Shown piece after piece: positions 26,761 through 39,095 of a stretch of 64,000 nt of DNA (position 1 is its first letter; every line of letters begins with the position of its first letter). The DNA is taken from assembly GCA_951406725.2 (NCBI GenBank), contig OX597818.1, positions 78,182,001 to 78,246,000 on the forward strand. Direction: 5' to 3'. This DNA comes from Octopus vulgaris (lineage: Eukaryota). Made by a program: the position numbers and the translations under genes. Under the pieces are notes generated by a model. The model made no database searches and was not told the origin of the DNA. It saw only the letters and a program-made list of their open reading frames with translations.

Positions 26761-29269
26761 GTATGTATTCAGAAAACGAGCACATGTATTTTGTTAACTT
26801 CTTCCTATTCTGTTGAAGCAGTTTTAAGTCTTATGTACTGCACATCATTTTTAACACGAAGCTGTTCCAGATTATAAGTACCTTGTTTTATGACTTATTT
26901 CTGATTATTAGTTTTTTTTCCATCATAGAGACCTGATGAGGTTTTAACACTAGGCGAATCGTGATGAAGTAAATTTGTAAACAAAGACGTTCCTTCCGTG
27001 ACTGACATCTTTTATTGAAACATACTATGCCGAGTTCTACATTCTAACGTTTATTTCTTTTTCTCCAGGTCAGTCTTGATAGGGTAGACCAATGAGTTAA
27101 GGTGTTCCAATCGTGACTGTCACATTTGGCCAAACAGTGAATCAAAGGTTACATTATCCAACTTGATAGAGCAAATCTATAATCAAAGTTGTTCTAACCG
27201 CGACCATTACAGCCTCTATTCAGATTCAGACAGAGTATCAATGACTACAAGATCTAGTATTGTTATTGATGTTTAGCCCTAGGTTAGCACTGTTCCCATA
27301 AGCCTGTGATCAAAGATACTCAAGTCTTGATCATCTTGTCTTGTCTTGTCTTTAAAATGTAGTGTATTTGGAATTATAAACGTTTCTGCATTAGTTTGCA
27401 TCATCAGCACAGCAGTTATCTATTTCTCGTGCTCTTAATGCTTGGTTTCTGTGACACTTGCCACGTACACGTGTAGTCTACATTTTCCGTTAATCTGCCT
27501 GTAATCAGTAAAATTCTTGTGTTTACACTGGATACACTATAAGGAAATTATACTTATTTTCTTCATATCGAACATAGTCGTTTCCCTGATAGTAGCAGGG
27601 TACTGTCTTCTCTTGTATTTACTGAAACTTTGGCTTTTGCTAAATTTGCTTCGAGGCCTCCCGTGTCGCTCAAGGACTTCAGTTTGAATAAATTTCATCA
27701 TATTTCATATTTAGATGCTTTTATTAAATTCATTCATTTGTTAAACATAAATAAATCTTAAATTAAATGGTTTTGATTTACTGTCAGGCGACTTTTGGCC
27801 AACCCTGTTTATCTAGATTGTTAGCATATGGAAATTTCTGTGAATAACTGGTCTTAAGAGAATATTAATTCTTTTTACTATAAGCACAAGGCCTGAAATT
27901 TGGAGGCATGGAGCTGGTTGATTACATCAAGCCCAGTGCTACCAATCTTATTTTATTGACACCAAAAGGATGAAAGGTAAATTTGACCGCGGTAGGATTT
28001 GAACTCAGAACATACAGAGCTAGAACAAATATCACAACTCTCCAACACTCAACCAATTCTACCATTGCCATGGAAGTATGCAATGAAGAACAGTTTACAG
28101 TTTGTTGAGAGGTTTACATAAAAATACTGTTGGGGAAATGAGATAAAAATGATATATTATATACAAAATATATGAATACCTGGATGATGCAGTCCTAAGT
28201 AGAACCAATCAAAGAACCCCACAGATCTAAGATCACTCAGACTAAGTACACAATCTCTCCCTCAATCTACAGTCACATGCTTAGAATAATTCAATTCACC
28301 CAAACCATTTTCGTGTCACTCATCTTTCAGCAAATTCACTGAGGCTAATGCATTTTGCTCTCCATCCTTATTTTTTTTATGAAGTGGAATTTAAGTTGAT
28401 GAGGGCTTCGCTGAAGAGGAAAGTGTCTGCTACCACATAAACACTTTCACCATAGCCACCAGACAGAGGAACACTGCTTGCCTCGCTGAAGGTGGTGAGA
28501 CAATCTACATGATGGGCTTGACTAACAGTCAGATCCATCCTACACAAGACTACAGTTGTTTGATATTACTTTACAGGTCAGCAATAATAATAGTAATAAT
28601 AATAACACTAATATTAGATATTTCTTTTTCATTTTCAAATCAGTTTTTGTTGAAATTTCCAAGTAGGTGCAGGCATGGCTGTGTAATAAGCAGTTTGCCT
28701 CCCAACCACATCGTTCTGGGCTCACTCCCATTGCGTGGCACCTTGGGCAAATGCCTTCGACCAAAGCCTTGTGAGTGGATTTGGTTGACAGAAACTGAAA
28801 GAAGCCTGTCGTATGTGTGTGTCATTGTCCCCCACCACTGCTTGACAACTGGTGTTGGTGTGTTTACATCCTTGTAACTTAGCAGCTCAGCAAAAGAGAA
28901 TGATAGCATAAGTACCAGGCTTAAAAAGAAGATAAGTACTGGGATTGATTAGTTCAACTACAATTCTTCAAGGTGGTGCCCTACTATGGCCGCAGTCAAA
29001 TGTCTGAAACATGTTAGATAAAAGATATGTAATAACATGTATGACCTTTCAACATACATGTAATTACTAAATATATTATACAATGTAATAATCAAAACTC
29101 TCAAAATCAAGATAATTCAAAATATCAATATAATACATAAGTTTCTTAATTCATTGAACTGAAAGGCAATGCAGTAAAGATGGGATACTACAGAGGTATG
29201 AAACTGTTAGATCAGGTTATGAAGGTTACAGAATGAGGTGTAGCACATTTGATAAGGAAGAAAATTAAT

Positions 29270-29590
29270 CTAGATGTGATGGAATTTGGTTTTGTAATAG
29301 AAAGAAGTGCCACCAGTACCATTTTCCTAGTGAGATAACTGAAGAAGAATAAGCCCCAATATCTGGCTCTTGTTTATCAAGAGAAGAACTTTAATAGGGT
29401 ATCCTGCTCTATGATCTGATGGTTACTATGGAAGCCCGCAGTAGTTAAATGGCTTATGAAATCTCACAGAGGTGCGGTTAGTAAGGTAAGTGTTAGTGAT
29501 AGGTCTGGTGGTGAATCCAGTGTAAAGGTATCAGTGAACCAGAAAACAGTCCTCAGTCTCCTTATGTTCCTCGAAACAATTCAAGAAGAG
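29270..29590 (+). mobile_element. Highly decayed RTE reverse-transcriptase fragment, interrupted by the piggyBac-like element
   Basis: Translation remnants FGF, RSATSTIFLVR and LALV..EKNFNRV resemble the GRSTTDAIF / LAFVDLEKAFDRV RT motifs. Confidence 0.5.
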
Positions 29591-29595
29591 TTTAA

Positions 29596-30678
29596 CCCTT
29601 TCGTTACTATATTTCTGACCAAAATACACCCCTCATGAGTTTCAATTAAATTCTAAAGTAATCATGAATCTAGGCTTGTTTCATTAAATAACTGTAACTT
29701 TTTTACTTATCAATATATTAATGTGATATTTGGAACATAATTAAAGAAAGGGTTCTTAATCAATTCTATTGCATAACTTTTGTCTCAAAGTGACTTTAAT
29801 TACAGGTAAATCCAGGTAAATTGAGCAAAAGGTAAAATATTAAAATTTTAAAATGAGCAAAAGGTAAAAGTATTAAAATTTTGTTTAAACATCACCATAG
29901 AAAATGAATCATAAACTAATATTCAAATGGGTATGCAACAAAATTTTGATAAAGAAGAAATGTGCACATCACTATATCATCAGTTGAATTTAATGCACAA
30001 CAGGTGTGGAATAAACTGAAATATTGGAATCCACCGTAAGTTTGACCGAACTAAAGAAATCGGTCAAAAAATAATATACGGCCCTGGTTATGGTATGGAA
30101 GTGATAAATTCCAGACCACATCGTTCCTTAGGCCATGCTGACTAACATTATTTTCCCTGTATAAAAACTAAATCCACACAGTACCCAGTATTTGCTTCAC
30201 AAATTTTCCGAAATTTGAACCCCCCATTTTGTGTTTGTTTACGTTCTGCGTAAGTTTGTTTCCGCATTGATCGCTTCAAACAATAACTTCCAGACCACAT
30301 CATACCTAAGCCATGCTGACTAACATTAGTTTCCCTGTATAAAAACTAAATCCACAACAGTACCCAGTATTTGTTTCACAAATTTTCCAATTCGGAATCA
30401 ATGCTTGATAACATGAAACTCCTATCTATTTTCAAAGTTGAAGAAAAATCGATGCCGAAAAAAATCTCCCAAAATTCAGGGAATTAAAATTACACGTCGA
30501 TCTTTGTACAAAACTGTAGTTGAACTGTTTACGAAGTATAATACGTGTTTGCACAAATGTACTAAAGAGATTTGCTCTGATATTCTCATTTAAATATGAA
30601 TAGGTAAATTCGGGCGCGTTTGGTCACATTAACCAAAATTTTTTTCGGGCGGCTTTGGGTGGTTTGGTAACGAAAGGG
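29596..30678. mobile_element. Non-autonomous piggyBac-like element (1.08 kb)
   Basis: TTAA|CCCTTTCGTTAC ... GTAACGAAAGGG|TTAA. Internal ~100-bp direct repeat (about 30109-30209 and 30288-30388). CpGs intact; no ORF. Confidence 0.85.
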
Positions 30679-31031
30679 TTAAACTGTTGTAAAATAAACA
30701 AAAAAACTTCCTAACATAATGCTACATGTAACTTTAGATGCTTAGAACCTTCCTAAGTATCCTAGCTGTCCCTAATAACACTGTTTTCTAGAGCTGCCCT
30801 AAAGGTTTTATGCCTATTTCGTCTCCATCTTTAAGGGATTGTTCCTAATGCACCTATAACTACGGGAATATATTTTACCTGCACTTTCCATAATCTCTGT
30901 AACTCAATGGCAAGGTCCTGGTACTTTGCTGTATCTCTCATATTGACTTTCTTATCATCATCATTATTATTATTATAATAATTATACTAATATCTCTATT
31001 TAGTTTTAATATTTGATTTTTCATTTTTCAG

Positions 31032-31523
31032 TTTGAATGGAGTAATTTTGGCTTATAAAGACCTCAAGTTGCTTAGTTCTGAAGGGAAAATACAAGGAGA
31101 TCGACCTTTTATTTATTTTAATATGAAGATTAGTTACATTGTGTTCCAGCCAAAAATTGGAAGTACTTTAACAGGTGTCATCAAAGAGATTTATGCCAGC
31201 CATGTGGTGTGTGTTGTGCATGAACTTTTCAATGCTACTGTGATTAAATCTAGTGATGACGCTATGTGGGACATTAATGCATTTAGAGTTAGTTTTTTGA
31301 TAGAGTTCACAGTTACGGAATTAAACTCAACTCCTAAATTATTCTCCATGAAAGGTAAACTAATTAAAATGATTGAGACAGACTCTCTTGTAAAACAAGA
31401 TAAAAAGGCAAAGAAAAGACATAGGGATGTAGAATCTGAAGATGTATGTCCTGACAGTGAGAAGTTAAAAATCGAAAACCATGAAATGAATGGCCACACA
31501 CATGATGTTATCAATGACTGCAG
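31032..31523 (+). CDS. POLR1F: RPA43 exon 2 (Rpb7-like N domain plus OB fold)
   Basis: TTTTCAG|T completes the Arg codon. LNGVILAY, VFQPKIGSTLTGVI and HVVCVVHELFNATV are typical of A43. Ends AG|GTAAG. Confidence 0.9.
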
Positions 31524-32589
31524 GTAAGATAGTAATTTTATTTGTTTATGAATTTTGTTATATGAATGTCACTGTGTGTTTAATCCTTTTGTTTTCAAAT
31601 TTTATTGAAATGTGCTACCTTTGTTTCAGTTAATTTTGAAAGCAATGAAAAATTCAGTAAAGTAACTTTGTCATGGTGGGCTGGCAGAATCATTAGTACA
31701 TCAGACAAAATGCTTAGTGGCATTTCTGGCCTAGTATCCACATTCAAAAGAATTAAGCTGGTGTTTGGAGCATATGGAAGGTTTTAATTTGATTCATTTT
31801 CAAATTGGAAGTTTGTATCTTAGGACCAAGTGTAGTCTCAAGCAGGAGTGGAGTTAGAACTTGATGAAATCTCCAGGTGGTTTAAATGCACAAGTCTGAT
31901 ATCCAAGTGGCTAGAAAGTGTCATGACCAGGATGTGACCTGGCATTAGAATGTAAGAAGTTAAGGACCGAAACACTTGTATATGAGTTGGGTATTTCTTC
32001 TCTGAAGACCTACTCTTCTGAGTTTCTTACCACTCTATTGTCATCATTTTCTAATATGGCATTGGTTAGTGGAGTTACTACACAGCATGTTACTGCTTGT
32101 CTTCAGTCATGTATCATCTAACTGTGAAGTCCAATATCCAGAGATCTGACTTCACTTTTCTTCATGTCTTCTTCAGATAGATCGACAAACCACATGTACC
32201 ACTCCTTGTTCATTCATGTTACATCTGCATACTAAGGCAGTCATTTCTTCCTGCATACATTAAATGATGCTATTAATTTGTAGCCCCTCTCTTAGCTCAC
32301 TTGTACACCTCTCGAGTAGGCTGACATTATAATAATGTGTTTGTCATATAAGATGACAGCCATTATATCACTTAGTCATACAGTCAGAATTTCCATGATC
32401 ACAAATGAAGTAAAAAGATAAACTTTAATTCCTGATATGTATATCACAGGATTATTTGACAAATATCTTATTTCTGTAGTTCTTATAAAACAGAATTATC
32501 AAATATTATTGAAAGCTATAATTTAGATCTCTTTAAATTTTCAGCAGCTAATTTTAGATGTTTTCATTTATTTTAATTTTATTTTTCAG

Positions 32590-32644
32590 TCCTCCTGCAA
32601 AGAAAAAAAAGAAGAAAAAGAAAAAGGCGGATGAAGATAACTGA
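32590..32644 (+). CDS. POLR1F: RPA43 exon 3 (poly-lysine tail); full protein 241 aa
   Basis: Strong TTTTTCAG acceptor, phase-compatible. Encodes (S)PPAKKKKKKKKKADEDN*. AATAAA at 32810-32815. Confidence 0.8.
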
Positions 32645-33219
32645 TTTGATCTTTCATTGATTTGTTCAGCATTGACTTGAAAACGACTTCAACACCAAAC
32701 AAATTGTTTATTGTGTGGTGAATACGTCAAACACACTTTCAACATCCGCACAGATACTACAGATCCACATCACATTACAGAACTGATATCTCTTCATCTT
32801 TAGGAAGGAAATAAATTTTATATTTTCTAAATATTTAGTCATTGTAGTCATTAAGAAATAAGAATTGGGTAAAGGAAAATACAGGAGGATCAATTAATAA
32901 TGATTTTATTCAATATATTCCTCTCTCAGATTCACACACTTATTGCAGTGGTTATTCAGTTTTTCTAAGCCCTGTAAAAGAACTGGGAAGGTTGGGCCTC
33001 CACTCTGGCGTTTTACAATACCCTTAAAGCCAAGAACTTTTCAGCACCCCCTTGTATTTTCTCTTCTCCTTTTCCAACTAGGGTAGTCCTATATTTCCTC
33101 TACTGCAAGACACCTATTTCTATTCCTGTAAGATACTCTAACCTCTCATCACTTGGCTAAAGCCAACTCCTTCAACTCAATATTACTGCCACATCAGTTG
33201 AGGAGTGTTGTCACACTCA

Positions 33220-34030
33220 AGTGGTGTTTTTTAAGTGCCACCTGCACAGGAGCCAGTCCAGCGGCACTGGCAACGACTTCGCTCGCATGTTTTTCATGTG
33301 CCAGTAAGGCAACACTGGTAACGATCACGTTTGAATGATACTTTTTACGTACCACCGACACAGAAGCCAATCAGTGATCATGCTCGGATGGTACTCTTAG
33401 CACTCCACTGGCATGGGTGCCAGTCATCGAATTTGATTTCGATTTCACTTGCCTCAACAGTTCTTCGCTGGCAGAGTTTAGTGTCCACTGAAGGAAAGGT
33501 GCACATAAGTGGGCTGGTTACACCCCTAGCATAGTCCACGGCTTATGGTCTCACTTGGCTTGTCGGGTCTTCTCACACTGCATATTTCCAATGGTCTCGG
33601 TCACCAGTCATTGCCTTGGTGAGGCCTAATGTTTGAAGGTCATGCTTCACCACCTCATCCCAGGTCTTTCTGGGTCTACCTCTTTCACAGGTTCCCTCAA
33701 CCGCTAGGGTGTGGCACTTTTTCACACAGCTATCCTCATCCATTCTCGCCACATGACCATACCAGTGCAGTCGTCTCTCTTGCACACCACATCTGATGCT
33801 TCTTAGGTCCAACTTTTCTCTCAAGGTACTTACACTCTGTTGAGTATGCATTCTGACATGACACATCCAGCAGAGAATACTGGCTTCATTCCTAGCAAGC
33901 TTACGCATGTCCTCAGCAGTCATGGCCCATGTTTCACTGCGGTGTAGCATAGCTGTTCGTACACATGCATCATACAGTCTACCTTTTTGAGTGAGAGGCC
34001 CTTTGTCACCAGCAGAGGTAAGAGCCCTCT
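33220..34030 (-). mobile_element. RTE-clade LINE 3' fragment with 3'UTR, between the POLR1F and METTL13 3' ends
   Basis: GRLYDACVRTAMLH.SETW, RRLHWYGHVARM and RGRPRKTW are C-terminal RTE ORF motifs. 5'-truncated. Confidence 0.88.
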
Positions 34031-34354
34031 GAACTTTGCCCAGGCTTAGCACAACACTAACCAGCCAGCTTATAAAATCAAAAAAGCAACTTGGCACCAT
34101 GACTTTTGGAAACATTTTTTCTTGTGTGTGTACCCTTGTATTGACATCATTTGATGACTGAAAATAAACATCACCATCATACAAGTATTTATGAAAACAT
34201 GTCTAGGTATGGGGAAATATTACCTTGCTTGACAATAGGAAAGGCTTGTGGATGTAGAAAAATCTCCAGCAAGGTTTGTGTAAACTGTGTATAAATAGAA
34301 AGGTGAATAAATGATGGTGATGATGATAAAAATATATGTATGTATACATAAATA

Positions 34355-34743
34355 GGCGTAGGAGTGGCTGTGTGGTAAATAGCTTGCTTACCAACCACAT
34401 GGTTCTGGGTACATTCCTACTGTGTGGCACCTTGGGCAAGTGTCTTCTACTATAGCTTCGGGCCAACCAAAGCCTTGTGAGTGGATTTAGTAGACAGAAA
34501 CTGAAATAAGCCTGTCGTATATATGTATATATATATATGTTTGTGTGTCTGTGTTTGTCACCCCAACATCGCTTGACAACCGATGGTGGGGTGCTTTCGT
34601 CCCTGTAACTTAGTGGTTCAGCAAAAGAGACCGATAGAATAAGTACGAGGCTTCCAAAGAATAAGTCATGGGGTCGATTTGCTCGACTAAAAGTGGTGCT
34701 CCAGCATGGCTACAGTCAAATGACTGAAACAAGTAAAAGAGAG
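34355..34743 (+). mobile_element. tRNA-derived SINE family B with a CORE-like segment and an internal (TA/TG)n
   Basis: GGCGTAGGAGTGGCTGTGTGGTAA head, CACCTTGGGCAAGTGTCTTC CORE-like segment, CAAGTAAAAGAG tail. Other copies at about 16684-17030(+), 19867-20273(-), 21794-22190(+) and 28667-29025(+), with fragments at 35750, 39633, 41310, 43570, 46285 and 48380. Confidence 0.8.
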
Positions 34744-35323
34744 TAGGTGTATGTGTGCGCAAAATTTTTAATATTCTGTCACAATGTAAGCATAATGATG
34801 CCAACATAGATATTCCGTATTAATAAAACCAGTTCTGTGCTTTTGAATACCTGTGGAATATTAAAAATAAAAGAACAAAAATCCCATACCTGAAAAAAAA
34901 AACAACAGGTGAGTGACAGGAAAGGCATCCTACAGTAAAATCTTGCCTCAAAATCAATTCCCTATCTAAGTCAGAGAAATAGATGTTGAAATTGAAAGAA
35001 TATACAAATGTAAGGGGATACATGGCTACCCACCCTATCTTCTACATTGTGAGTAGCCATATAACCCTTTCACAGCAAGAAGCCTATTCTTCTCTAGCCC
35101 CTTCCCTCCTAGCATAAAGTCATCTCTCCTGAGGTTAATATTCTTGCAAGTTGCATGGTAACCTCACTAGTTCTAGTGGTAAGAAAACAGTACCCAGTAC
35201 AGATTGTAAAGTGGTTGGTGTTAGGAAGGCATCATGAATAGTGAAAAACAGGCATCAAATAAAAACAAAAGTGATTTTAAGAATTGATAAAATTATTTAT
35301 TTAATCCCCTAAAAAAGCCAATA

Positions 35324-35595
35324 CTAGGAGATAGATAAATGTTTGAGTGATTCTGTTAAATCAGTACTATTTAAACTGGTACATTTATCAACAAGTCGAA
35401 GTCTTTTGACTAATTCAGCAGGAATGCGGGAGTCTGTGGTCTGTATATTTGTAGTTTCAGGAAAGACATAGAGAATTACATTGACTTCAACTTCAATATT
35501 GGTCTGGTATATACTCTGAAACTCGGTCTTGATTTGATTTAAAGCTTCTTTACGTATCAGCTCATTGAACAATAGTGTATTTATGACTAGGACAC
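35324..35595 (-). CDS. METTL13: METTL13 exon 13 (last); full protein 676 aa
   Basis: (G)VLVINTLL...IEVEVNVIL...HLSIS*. Minus-strand AATAAA at 35301-35296. Confidence 0.9.
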
Positions 35596-36256
35596 CTGAA
35601 AGAGAACATATCTAGAAATATAATTCTATTTTGCTTAAATTAACAGTTACAACAAAAGAAGAGAGTAATTAAAGTTAGGTTATACTGTGTTTCAATTATT
35701 ATAAGATTGACTTTTAATACTGTAATAAGTGTAGTAATACTGTAATGTGCTTAAGAAGCCTGCTTCCCAACCATGTAGTTTTCGGTCAAGTCCCACTGCA
35801 CAACACCTTGAGCAAAACTCTTCTACTGTGGCATTGGCCTAACCAAAACTTTGTGAATGGAAAACTGAAAGCAGCTTAGTGTGTTTGAGTGCATGTTTCT
35901 GTGTAACCTTGTTTTGGCATCATGGGATGGTTGTAAATGAGCATCAACATCACACAATTGATGTTGGTTTACAGTTTTCTCTGAAAAACTAGTCTGGCCA
36001 TGGGAAATATAACTGTGCTTGAAAACAGGAAGAGCATCTGGCCATTGAAAATTTGCCTCAATGAATTACGTTTGAACCCTTGCAGACATGGAAAAAGTGA
36101 ATGTTAAAATGGTAATGATGTATATATAGATACACATATTATGTGTATGTATATCTATATATAATTGTGTGTGTGTATGTATGAAGAAGAAAAGCTGTGA
36201 AAATGAAATTGAATAGAAGGTTGATTGCAAAGTTACAAAGGCTGTCTTCAGGTTAC

Positions 36257-36391
36257 CTTTTGGTGAAAGAAGCCGTTTCATGTGTTTCAAGTTGTCACTT
36301 TCAAGGAATGGTCTTGGAGGACACATCTGAGTAGGTGAATCCTCATTGGGATTCACGTCCAAAACAATCATATTATATGGAATAAATTCAT
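36257..36391 (-). CDS. METTL13: METTL13 exon 12
   Basis: (D)EFIPYNMIVLDVNPNEDSPTQMCPPRPFL...LLSPK(G); conserved CPP..F motif. Confidence 0.92.
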
Positions 36392-37876
36392 CTGTAAAAC
36401 GAAGTGGTTAATTTGATAAATACTAAATTCAAAATACAATTTCACAAAGTAGTGAACTAAATTTCAGGCAGTACTGAATTAATTTTTAGGGTGTACAGAC
36501 CTCAATTTCTGAGAAGCTCTTTTCTTCATACTGCAATCTTTCACCACCCAGCATAAAGCTGCCCCTCTCTCTACTGTAGCCAAATACAATAAAAAGGAAT
36601 CTTGGACAGGATGTATAATAACCCCAATAGTGCCACAAAAAAAAAAGCACCCAATGCACTTTGTAAAGTAGCTGGCATTAAGAAGCCATATAAACCGTGC
36701 TAAAGTAGACACAATTCTCAGGCACCCTGTCAAACTATCAGCATGGAAGAGAGGTGTTAGAAGATGAAGACAGTGATGGAGTACTGCTCTAAATTTCAAG
36801 GAGATCAGAATTAAATAGGCAAACATAATTAGTTTATATTGACTTGAGACTAAAGTATTTCAGAAACAAAACTAGCAGGTGATGCTCACATCAACCAGTA
36901 AGGAATGGATTATGAAAACCATTGGAGTTTTTGAAGGCTTTTATTAAGGAGTAGCAGAAGAGAGTAAAACATCTGAGAGCTTCTGAGACTGATGAAAATT
37001 AATGCAGCTGTTCAGTTAGAACATCTTTGACACACATTTTCAAGAAAAAATGTAGGTGAGAAGAGAATTCCAGAGGGTGGAAGATCCAAGGAGAAAGGAC
37101 TGGGTGTGATGAGTAAATATCTAATGCATTGGTGTCAGACTTCAATGATGCTCTTGTGAATTAGGTCTTTCGTTATGAATATGTTCACTACACTTATATT
37201 TCAGAAATCAGCTCTACTTCTGTTACAAATTTCATCACTATATCTCTCAAATAAGAAGATAAGGAAGAGGAACTGTTATAAGAAGGAAAGATTTGGAATA
37301 TTTAAAACGAAAGGCAACAATATGTTTTACCTAGAAAACATGTCAAGTATAATGATGAAACAATATATGATCACAAACATTCATACAAGTACAGAGAGGT
37401 ACACATGCAGACACAAGCATACACACACAAACAGGAAACAGAGGTACAAGTATGCTTCATCCTTTTGTTACCATACTCCTACAGAAAGAAACTGCTTTTG
37501 TGTCAATAAATATTGTAAATAATGAAGAATCTAATAAAGTAACTTTGTTATCAAACTGGTATTTGGAGCATAACATGAAATTTTGATGGCAGATTAATTA
37601 ATTAAATTCAAATCACTTTAAAAGAGGAAGTTTGTATCACTGAACAGGGGATGGTCTAAGGCAGATTGGTATCAAAATGGTTGACTGAGATAAAGATAAC
37701 AAGCAGGCAGAGAGAGAGAGAGAGAGATAATGTTAAATATCATGAGAGTTCTCCATTTGACAAGACATAGACTGGATCCACTGATGAAAACAAATACTAA
37801 CTGGCCATCAAATATCCAATGGCAACTTTCAGATGCAACACAAACAAACAAAAATATAACAAAGTAAAAAACTGAC

Positions 37877-38012
37877 CTTGTTCAGCCCTTTGCTTCATGA
37901 AGTCCAGTCCATCTGCCACATAAGCCTTCATACGGGAATCTTCTTTGAAATCAAACCATTTAGTTGCTACTTTAACCATTTCTGGGTCAATTTCAACAAC
38001 ATCAATAGTAGC
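37877..38012 (-). CDS. METTL13: METTL13 exon 11
   Basis: ATIDVVEIDPEMVKVATKWFDF...VADGLDF; spermidine-synthase-like motifs. G|GTCAGT donor. Confidence 0.95.
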
Positions 38013-38088
38013 CTTAGAACAATATAGAAAAATAAATGAATGAATTAATATATGTATGTATAACACACACATGCATATAACAGAATAA

Positions 38089-38652
38089 AGGTGTAGACAG
38101 ACAAACAACTGATATCAGGTCAAATTATGATATATCTTAAAACATTGACACAACTTGAAGGCAAAAATGAAAGTTACAAGAGGTCACTAAAAGATCAGCT
38201 GAAGAACGTTCATAATGGCTGATAAATGCCGATATTCTCCCAAAATAGTTATAAGCCCATATTGATATCAGATAGTAGGTAAAGCTGGTCATTGTATGGA
38301 ATAGAATGCCACTAAAATTCTGCCTGCTTGCAGGAAATTGCATCAACTGTAGATGTATTCCAGAAACAGCTGTAAGGGACTATCTGCACATCTACCTCCT
38401 TCCCATCCAGCTTTAGATTCTACCTACAACGACCAGCTTTACCTACTATCTAATATCAACAATATGGACTTACCTTATAACTATTCCAGGAGAATAACAG
38501 CATAAATCACAACCATTATGAACATTTCTCAGCAGATCTTTTATTGACTTCTTGTGATCTTGCAACATTCATTTCTATCCTCTAATTTTGTCAATGTTTA
38601 AATATATAAATGTCAGTCTGACTTGGTATCAGTCGTTTGACTGTTTATATCT
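38089..38652. repeat. Long imperfect inverted repeat (~220-bp arms) in METTL13 intron 10
   Basis: GATAGTAGGTAAAGCTGGTC / GACCAGCTTTACCTACTATC, AAACATTGACA / TGTCAATGTTT and further collinear blocks. Confidence 0.85.
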
Positions 38653-38809
38653 ATAAATTTATGTCATCAGATGTGATATTACCTGAATTTTATACATGTA
38701 TATTGTTGACATCACACACATACATTCTTTGACACCTGTCTCTGTTCCTCTGTACCTTTAATCTCCTAAATGGCATAAATCCACCCCACCTTAGTTGAGG
38801 GTTCTTTTG

Positions 38810-39095
38810 TCTTGCAAGGTACTTGGTGATCCAGTTGGTGATGGTGATGCAAAAAGCACTGGTGCTGGTACCATGTAAAAAGCACTTGGGCTGGTGCCAT
38901 ATAAAAAGCACTGGTACTGATGCTACTTAAAAAGCACCCAGCACACTCTGGAAAGTGGTTGATGTTAGAAAGGGCATCCAGCTGTGGAAACCGTGCCAAA
39001 GCAGTGAAACCTGATGTGGCTGCTGGCCCTGCTAACTCCTGTCAAACCGTCCAACCCATGCCAGCATGGAAAATGGATGTTAAATGATGATGATG
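38810..39095 (+). repeat. Dispersed RTE-3'-end-like repeat (family C) ending in (ATG)n
   Basis: AAAAAGCACC...GTGGTTGGCATTAGGAAGGGCATCCAGC...CCATGCCAGCATGGAAA...TGATGATG. Copies at about 1870-2075, 5020-5215, 9560-9770, 16220-16590, 22700-22930, 23875-24070(-), 39790-40050(-), 40520-40745, 44545-44760(-), 53500-53805 and 55555-55725. Confidence 0.75.

Noticed and set aside
26933-26966. CTGATGAG hammerhead-like start
   Set aside because: Followed by GAAT rather than GAAA, with no convincing stems II and III.
34031-34184. N-terminal part of the 203-aa ORF
   Set aside because: Chance open frame upstream of the 5'-truncated RTE fragment.
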